This document shows positions 19,826 through 27,111 of a stretch of DNA of 27,111 bases, piece after piece; positions within the stretch are counted from its first letter, which is position 1; each line of letters opens with the position of its first letter. The notes below the pieces were generated by a model. It did not search any database and was not told the origin of the DNA. It saw only the letters and a list, made by a program, of their open reading frames with translations. The translations under genes and the position numbers were made by a program. This DNA is from Octopus sinensis (lineage: Eukaryota): assembly GCF_006345805.1 (NCBI RefSeq), contig NW_021834036.1, forward strand, positions 1 through 27,111. The letters run 5' to 3'.

Positions 19826-20167
19826 TCGTGCGCATGTATATATTTAATACCCTTTCTTGGGGCTCTGAACAACTAATGGAGTTGAAAGAGTATCCATGGG
19901 ACATACAGTGTGTTTAGGGTGTTTTAAATCTGGAAGATCCCTTCTCTCTACATGCGTAACCCTGTCAAAGACTTCCATGGAGAAAGAAAGAAGTAGTTGA
20001 GGAGGAAGTGGAACAATAACGATGATAAATCTTTTGTCTCCTGTGAAAATATACAGAGTGTATCAAATACATATTTGAGAGTCTGCATAATGATAGGAGG
20101 AAATAAATACAAACGTGAATGTGACTGTGTGTGCATGAATATAAGCATTCTTTTATTCTTTTCTATG

Positions 20168-20298
20168 TACGATGGGCTTCTTTCAGTTTCCGTCTACCAA
20201 ATCCATTCACAAGGCTTTGGTTGGCCCGAGGCAATAGTAGGAGACACTTGCCCAAGGTGCCACACAGTGGGACTGAACCCAGAACAACGTGGTTGCAT
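20168..20298 (-). mobile_element. SINE family B, partial
   Basis: tacgatgggcttctttcagtttccgtctaccaaatccattcacaaggctttggttggcccgaggcaatagtaggagacacttgcccaaggtgccacacagtgggactgaaccc. Confidence 0.85.
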
Positions 20299-20524
20299 AA
20301 TGCAGGGAAATGGTCGTATAATCAAGTACCTGCATACCTGGAGAACTACATTGCGCAGAAACAATTGTAGTGAATGAAAAGAAATGTCCAACCATATTTC
20401 TTCTTGTTGATCCCAATTTTTTTTTTTCAATTATATATTCACGCACGACAGATGCCCAAACGCAAACCTGGAAGTACGTTCAATATTACTACTGGATAAC
20501 GAGTTGCTAACAGAATATACCATA

Positions 20525-20580
<56 letters not shown>

Positions 20581-20601
20581 CAGACAGACAGACAGACAGA
20601 C

Positions 20602-20653
<52 letters not shown>

Positions 20654-20670
20654 TGATAGCTAGATATATA
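20525..20670. repeat. Compound (TA)n-(CAGA)n-(TAGA)n microsatellite
   Basis: Seen directly. Confidence 0.95.
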
Positions 20671-21134
20671 GTTCCCGTCATTCAAACATACTGTAAATGT
20701 GTTAGTACTCTCAATTCAATTAAATATCTGGTATATTTCCTAACCTAACCTAGCAGTTCGACAATTAGATACAGTTAAAATATTTACCAGACTGAAAAAG
20801 TAATATTGCAGTTATCCTAAGGTATTATTCTGGGTTCAAATCCTGGCAAGGTTTAATAGCTTCTCGTGTATAATATACTGCTTGAAAATAAAATAATTTC
20901 TGTAGAAGAGTATATTTATGTTTTGAAATAGGTCTAATGAATATTTAACAAAGTAAATGCGTTACTAAATTGTTAATTAAAATAATTATCACAAGATGAC
21001 TTACCAAAGTCAATAATTGCGTTTGAATCTCAGCCTGAAGTCTTGGCCTCTGAGTTCAGTTCGTTCAAAGTGTAGCAAAATGTAAAAAGAAAAATCACAA
21101 GTCACGAGGCAGGAAAAAGTGGGCGTTAACGGTT

Positions 21135-21307
21135 CGAGTGTGTGTTTAGTGTGTGTGCGTGCGTAGTGTGTGTGTGTGTGTGTGTGTAGTGTGAAACTAG
21201 CACACAATCTGTTATGTATTTGATCATGTAGACAAATGGCAAGTCCTTGACACCAATTATTCTAACAGTGAATGCCAGGAATGTGTGTGTGTTTAGGTGT
21301 ATGTATG

Positions 21308-21361
<54 letters not shown>

Positions 21362-21660
21362 TGTGTATGCCCATATATGTGTGTGTGTGTGTGTGTTTGT
21401 GAGTGTGCTAGGTTCCCGCTAGAGGTACAAAAAGAAACATACTTAGAAACACACATACGGACACATATAAACGTACATACATTTATCTATCTGTGCGTAG
21501 ATAGATGCATAATATATATGATTATACATAATATACACACACACTATATATATATATAATATTTAATGTGTGTGTGTGTGTGTCTGCCAGGGTATATGTA
21601 TGCCATTTGTGTATGTGTGTATACGCACACACACCCATACACACACACATATATAAATAA
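21135..21660. repeat. (TG)n/(TA)n/(CA)n microsatellite-rich region
   Basis: Seen directly; source of the spurious ORFs between 21010 and 21772. Confidence 0.85.
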
Positions 21661-21750
21661 TAGGCACAGCTTGGCTGTGTGTTAAGAAGCTTGCTTCCCA
21701 CCCACATGGCTCTGGGTTCAATTCCATTGAACACAGAGTGTCTTCTACTA
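21661..21750 (+). mobile_element. SINE family B head fragment
   Basis: taggcacagcttggctgtgtgttaagaagcttgcttcccacccacatggctctgggttcaattcca...gtgtcttctactat, homologous to 5051-5150. Confidence 0.7.
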
Positions 21751-21756
21751 TCGCTT

Positions 21757-22877
21757 TAGATACAAATTCCATTGATGTTCATCTATTTTGATTTGTTTTG
21801 ATTTGATTCTGATTTTGATTTTGATTTTCACTTGCCTCAACAGGTCTTCACAAGTGTCACAAGAAGGAAGGTATGCACAGGTGGACTGACTACGTCCCAG
21901 GTAGGGGCCACGGGTTATGGCCTGACTAGTCTTGCCGGGTCTTCTCACGCACAGCATACTTCCATAGGTCTCGGTCTCTAGTCATTTCCTTGGTGAGACC
22001 TAAAGTTCGAAGGTCATGCTTCACCACTTCACCCTCGTCCCAGGTTTTCCTGGGTCTACCTCTCCCACAGGTTCCCTCAACTGCTAGGATGTGGCACTTT
22101 TGCACACAACTATCTTCAGCCATTCTCATCACATGACCATACCAGCGCAAACGTCTCTCTTGCACACCACAACTGACGCTTCTTAGGTTCAACTTTTCTC
22201 TCAAGGTACTTACACTCTGACGATTATGAACACTGACATTACACATCCATCGGAGCATACTGGCTTCATTTCTTGCAAGCTTACGCATGTCCTCAGCAGT
22301 CACGGCCCATGTTTCACTACCATGTATCATGGCTGTACGTATACATGCATCATACAGTCTGCCTTTTACTCTGAGCGAGAAGCCTTTTGTCACCAGCAAG
22401 GGTAAGAGCTCTCTAAACTTTGCCCAGGCTATTCTTACTCTAGCAGTTACACTTTCAGCACACCCATCCCTGCTACTGACTTGGTCTCCTAGGTAGCGGA
22501 AGCTATCAACTACTTCTAGTTTGTCTCCCTGGAACGTGGTAGAAGTTGGTCTCTGCACATTTCCAGTGTTTATTGCTCCTGAGCATCTGCCACAGACAAA
22601 AACTCTTTTCCTAGTTAGCCTTCCTTTGACATTGCTGCACCTCTTATGTGTCCATAGCTTACACTTGGTGCACCTTATAGAGTTTCTACCTACACCTTTT
22701 TTACAGATCGAGCAGGGCCATCTACTTGAAGTCGTTTGTGATTGGTCCACCTTCCTACTTATTAGGACTTTGGTTTTGGCTAGGTTGATTCTAAGGCCCT
22801 TCGATTCTAATCCTTGTTTCCACACCTGAAACTTCTCCTCCAGTTCTGATAGTGACTCAGCAATTAGAGCAAGGTCA
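21757..22877 (-). mobile_element. 5'-truncated RTE-clade LINE (RT C-terminal half with inserted PHD finger, 3' UTR and AAATC-type repeats)
   Basis: The frame starts at the truncated YADD motif (DLALIAESLSELEEKFQVWKQGLESKGLRINLAKTKV). It continues with LEVVDSFRYLG, ARVRIAWAKFRELLPLL, LYDACIRTAMIHGSETW, RRLRWYGHVMRM and GRGRPRKTW, all typical RTE/BovB ORF2 motifs. The stop is at 21926. Confidence 0.95.
22583..22714 (-). other. C4HC3 (PHD-type) zinc finger inside the LINE ORF
   Basis: CSIC-x10-CTKC-x4-H-x2-C-x14-CGRC read directly from the ORF translation. Confidence 0.8.
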
Positions 22878-23631
22878 TTTTGGGGAAAAGCTGGATAAGG
22901 CTATGTTGTTGTTATTGCTGTTGTTGTTGACAACAAAGTTTATAAAGAGAAAAGCAGATAATTGCCAATATTTCTATTGTAAAATTAAATTGGAATGAAT
23001 GTTTATGTTTCATTTGTGCCATTCTACTTGGTTTATTTTGGGGAAGAAAAACCTACAAAACCCCTCATAATAATTAGACTTTAATCTAATTGTAGATGTA
23101 TTTATATACACATGCATACATATATATGAATGAATGTGTATAATATATACACAAGGATGAACATATGTATATTTATACATCCATACGTCTGTATGTATGT
23201 ATGATCATCATTTTACTCCCACTTTCCATGCTGGAATCGGTTGGATGGTTCAGAGAATATCTTGCCTGAAGTTACATTTTCTGGTTATCTTTCCACAGCT
23301 GGATGCTCTTCCTGGCACCAACCACTGCACAATGTACACTGGGTGCATCTTATGGCACTATCGCTAGAGACAATCGCCATGTCCTTGACAAAACTAAAGG
23401 TTCCCCTCAATCTCTGGGTTTCACATATGCCTTGGAATGTGTGAGAGATCTAGGGTAATAAATATATGAAAAGGAGTGGTTTGGGTGTTAGGGAGAGACC
23501 CAGGTAGGTCCAGTAACATCCCTAGTTTCATTGGAAGAATGGTGAAGAGAAGAGATTTACTGCCAATCTTTGTCACAGCAGTAAGATAGTAGAGTAAAAA
23601 GAAGAAGAGAGAGTGATTGAGAGATGAAAGA
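22878..23631 (+). repeat. Local duplication, copy 2 (abuts the LINE 5' truncation point)
   Basis: Matches 16136-16886 at an offset of about 6742-6745 bp. Confidence 0.95.
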
Positions 23632-24584
23632 TAGAGGTGGGGGTGATAGGGGCGTGGCAGTAGGGACACAGGTGACAGTGACATGGGGGATATGAAGGGT
23701 GTGTGGTATTGGAAGTGAATGATAAGTTATGTGTATTAGAGGGGTGAGTGATAGGGGTGTGGTAAATATGAGAGGGTAGTGAAAGGGCTGAAGGTGTAGA
23801 CTATATATATACAGGTGCAAATGGGAAAAATAGAACTTGACATGTAAGTATATGTGTATTGTATTTTTTATTATTATTGAGCAGAACGAACTCAGTGACT
23901 CAAGATCTGAGAGTTTCATGTGTTGACACTCATCAATCTGGTTCTTTGGAGGTCTGGGAATATACCTCCCAAAAACCAGTTATATAAATGCCAATAAAAG
24001 AAACTTTTGGATCTTGGGTCACTTTGTTACTTCGGTGAAATAATATTAATATAAATATATATATATACACACATACACACTAACATATACATAGACACAC
24101 ATGTGTAATTATATGAATATACCTTCACATACCTATGTATAAATATTTGTGTCTATGTATGTTTATAGATATGAATCAATGAATGACAAAAGAACAAGAG
24201 TTACGTAGACACCTTCATTAGCTTCCAGCTGTTTCTCTGCTACAGGAAGCAGTGAACTCGAGCTGAGTGTGTGTGCGCGTAGGTGTCTGTGCATTTGTTT
24301 ATGTTTGCAATCTCTTTAAATTGCTCCAAGCAGAAACATCTGTCAACCAATCACCCCACCTTGGAAGACATGGGAAATAAGAACTTTTGTTCTTGCAAAA
24401 TGGTTTTGGGTGAGCAATATGAAGTCTGTCTGTCTGTAAAACAACTACAATAATATATTCACCTAACCCATGCTAGCATACAAAATCAGGTGTGCTATCA
24501 AACATAGGTAAACCCATGTTTATTCATTCATATAATCTTATGCATGCATACACACACACACACACGTGTATGTGTGCATCTTGT

Positions 24585-24725
24585 GTTAAGAAGATCATCC
24601 AGCTGTAGAAATCTTGCCAAATCTTTCATTGGAGCTCAGCAATGTCCTCTGGTTCACTGCTTCCTCGTCAACCGTCCTACCCATGCCAGTTAGGGAAAAT
24701 GGATGTCAAAACCTTTATAATACAT
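24585..24725 (+). mobile_element. Octopus RTE-tail-related repeat, plus orientation
   Basis: agaagatcatccagctgtagaaa...aaccgtcctacccatgccagttagggaaaatggatgtcaaaac is the reverse-complement equivalent of the 868/16466/23210 family. Confidence 0.6.
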
Positions 24726-24849
24726 CAGATGATGTATTTTCTTTTCTGTATTTTCCTTCTAATAATTTTGTTTTGTTTCTTGCCAGGTTCTTGTGAGTTC
24801 CACTCAGTCAAGTCTATGACTACACTCAATGAGGGTCACCAATCCTCAC

Positions 24850-24930
24850 CTGGCTTCAAGCAAGAGAATATTTCCCCAAGTTCTTCCAACATGAACAGCA
24901 CAATGTTTGGATATGTTTTCTGGTGGAACA
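24850..24930 (-). CDS. Candidate 81-nt symmetric internal exon of a minus-strand gene
   Basis: Acceptor TTGCTTGTCTGCAG|, donor CCAG|GTGAGG, and a length divisible by 3. Two frames are open: (x)FHQKTYPNIVLFMLEELGEIFSCLKP and VPPENISKHCAVHVGRTWGNILLLEA. Confidence 0.35.
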
Positions 24931-25020
24931 CTGCAGACAAGCAACTCTGTTTGTTTGACATGACATTTGTTTATAATTAGCAGCAGATGTCAAAACAAGG
25001 AGACGTGAGCAGACATATGC

Positions 25021-25110
25021 ACACACACACACACACACACACCACACACACACACACACAACACACACACACACACACACACACCACACACACACACACA
25101 TGCATACACA
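25021..25110. repeat. (CA)n microsatellite
   Basis: Seen directly. Confidence 0.95.
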
Positions 25111-25185
25111 TACAAGTACAAATGTAGATATGCATACATGAATATACACTCACATATATATACCATAGGATTTATCAGTTCCATG

Positions 25186-25320
25186 TACGAAACCCACTCA
25201 CAAGGCTTGAGTCAACCTGGAACATTAGAAGAAGTTAATTCTTTAAGGTGCTGCAAAGTAGGACTGAACCTGAGACCACAAGTTTGTAAAGTGAGTTTCT
25301 TAACCATACAGCCATGCCCC
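25186..25320 (-). mobile_element. SINE family B head, diverged
   Basis: cccactcacaaggcttgagtcaacctgg...aaggtgctgcaaagtaggactgaacctgagaccac...ttaaccatacagccatgccc. Confidence 0.65.
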
Positions 25321-25357
25321 CAAATTTTTTTGGTAATATTCTGAAGATAATAATAAT

Positions 25358-25575
25358 CCTTTCTACTATAGGCATAAGGCCTGAAATTTTGGGTGTGGGG
25401 GGTTAATTGATTACATCACCCCCCAGCCCCTAACTGGTTCTTATTTTATCAATCCCAAAAGGACGAGGGGCAAAATCAACCTTGGTGGAATTTGAACTCA
25501 AAATGTAAACTTGGAAGAAATGATGCAAAATATTTTGTCTGGCATTTTGTAACAATTCTGCTTGTTCATCACATT
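25358..25575 (-). mobile_element. SINE family A, cluster copy 1
   Basis: ctttctactataggcataaggcctgaaatttt...ggtggaatttgaactcaaaatgtaaac; homologous to 1746-1960. Confidence 0.8.
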
Positions 25576-25707
25576 AATAATAATAAGAAAAGAATGAAAT
25601 AATCTATACACTAACAACATCATAATAATAATATTAGCAGCAGCAGCAAAAACAACAACAACAACAGCAATGATTTCTTTTATGTTTTTTTATATAAAAT
25701 AAAATGA

Positions 25708-25915
25708 TTTCAAGTTTTGGCACAAGGCCAGCAAGTTCAAGGAAGGGTCCAGTCTATTACACTCACCCCAGTACTCAACTAGTACTTAATTTATCGATCC
25801 CATAAGGATGAGAGGCTAAGTCAACCTTGGTGGAATTTGAACTCAGAATGTAAAGATGGACAAAATGCCGCTCAACATTTTGCTTTGCATCCTCACAATT
25901 CTGCCAGCTCGTCAC
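25708..25915 (-). mobile_element. SINE family A, cluster copy 2
   Basis: ggcacaaggccagcaag...cccagtactcaactagtacttaatttatcgatccc...ggaatttgaactcagaatgtaaag...ctgccagctcg. Confidence 0.85.
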
Positions 25916-25921
25916 AGTAAT

Positions 25922-25960
<39 letters not shown>

Positions 25961-25964
<4 letters not shown>

Positions 25965-26124
25965 TCTTACTATAGGCACAAGGCCTGAAATTTGGGGTGA
26001 GGGGACTAGTAAATTACATCGCCTCCAGTGCATAGCTGGAACTTATTGAATCGGACCCAAAAAGGATGAAGGCAAAGTTGACTTGGTGGAATTTGAACTC
26101 AGAATGTAGTGGCAGATGAGTCGT
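25961..26124 (-). mobile_element. SINE family A, cluster copy 3 (head truncated)
   Basis: ctttcttactataggcacaaggcctgaaatttgggg...ggaatttgaactcagaatgtag, flanked by (AAT)n. Confidence 0.8.
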
Positions 26125-26142
26125 AATAATAATAATAATAAT

Positions 26143-26346
26143 GGCTTCTTCAAATTTTAACAGAAGGCCCGCTTGTTCTGGAGAGCAGGTAAATTGATTA
26201 CATCGACCAGAACACAAAAGGTACTTATTTTATTGACCCCGAAGGATAAAGGTTGATGTCGGCAAAATTTGAACTCAGAACGTAAAGGCAAACAATAGCT
26301 GCCTAGCATTTTGCCCAGCATGCTAACGATTCTGCCAGCTCACCAC
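26143..26346 (-). mobile_element. SINE family A, cluster copy 4
   Basis: gattacatcgacc...ggtacttattttattgaccccgaaggataaagg...aaatttgaactcagaacgtaaagg...gctaacgattctgccagctcacc. Confidence 0.85.
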
Positions 26347-26589
26347 CCAAATAATAGTAATAGTAATTAATAATAATAATAGTAATAGTAATTTAATAAT
26401 GATAACAACCCTCCCTTTCTTATTTTATATCCTTCATATGTCCTTCTCTCTTCTTTACTTTCTTCTCTCTCTCTTTCTCTCTCTATTCCCTCTCTCCTTT
26501 CAATATCAACTTCAACATTTTATTTCCCTTTACATAGACATGTATATATTATGCGTGTGTGTCTTTTATAGTGTACGTGATATACTCTC

Positions 26590-26984
26590 TCTTTTACTCT
26601 TTTACTTGTTTCAGTCATTTGATTGCTGGAGTGGTGCCTTTAGTTGAGCAACTCGACCCTGGGACTTATCCTTTGTATGCCTAGTATTTATTCTATCGGT
26701 CTATTTTGCTGAACCGCTAATGAAGGGGACGTAACAACACCAGCATCGGTTGTCAAGCTATGCTAGGAAGACAACACAGTCATACAAACATACAAAAACC
26801 ATACAACATAACACATATATATACGACAGGCTTCTTTGAGTTTCCGTCTACCAAATCCACACATAAGGCTTTGGTCAGCCGAGGCTATAGTAGAAGACAC
26901 TTGCCCAAGATGCCACGCAGTGGAACTGAACCCGGAACCGTGTGGGTGGTAAGCAAGCTACTTACCACACAGCCTCCAGCGCCT
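26590..26984 (-). mobile_element. SINE family B, full length
   Basis: Reverse complement of 5051-5435 over its whole length. Confidence 0.9.
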
Positions 26985-27002
26985 GTATGTATATATATAT
27001 AT

Positions 27003-27111
27003 ATTCTTTTATTCGTATACTTGTTTCAGTCATTTGACTGTGGCCATACTGGAGCACTGCCTTAGTCAAACAAATTGAACCCAGGACTTATTCTTTGTAC
27101 CTAGTACTTAT
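27003..27111 (-). mobile_element. SINE family B 3' end, running off the window
   Basis: acttgtttcagtcatttgactgtggccatactggagcactgccttagtc...gaacccaggacttattctttgtacctagtacttat, the same as 26600-26695. Confidence 0.85.

Overview
AT-rich, microsatellite-dense animal genomic DNA, almost certainly from an octopus (coleoid cephalopod). The call rests on recognisable octopus-type tRNA-derived SINEs, RTE-clade LINE fragments and the (TA)n/(CA)n/(TAGA)n/(GAT)n density. The main feature is a minus-strand, intron-free coding block at 14705->9112. The ORF track splits it into three ORFs (313, 304 and 1238 aa). Correcting three single-base indels in short G/C runs (about 13795, 12908, 12735) gives one 1864-aa frame, which includes a 58-codon segment missing from the ORF track. 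The protein has a helical N-terminus of about 175 aa followed by about six tandem NHL/TolB-like beta-propeller modules. Possible upstream exons of this gene lie at 15571-15781 (one in-frame TGA) and 24850-24930. A CpG-richer putative promoter with an RFX X-box and a plus-strand splice donor at 6110-6316 suggests an opposite-strand gene that may host or overlap the propeller gene. Other contents: a 201-bp hairpin with perfect 90-bp arms, a 561-bp foldback element with internal 29-bp repeats, a decayed hairpin MITE, an internally deleted mariner, a 1-kb (GAT)n array with higher-order structure, a 5'-truncated RTE LINE carrying a PHD finger and abutting a 750-bp local duplication, and many SINEs including a four-copy head-to-tail cluster. 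All identifications are by eye and from recalled family motifs; no database search was run.
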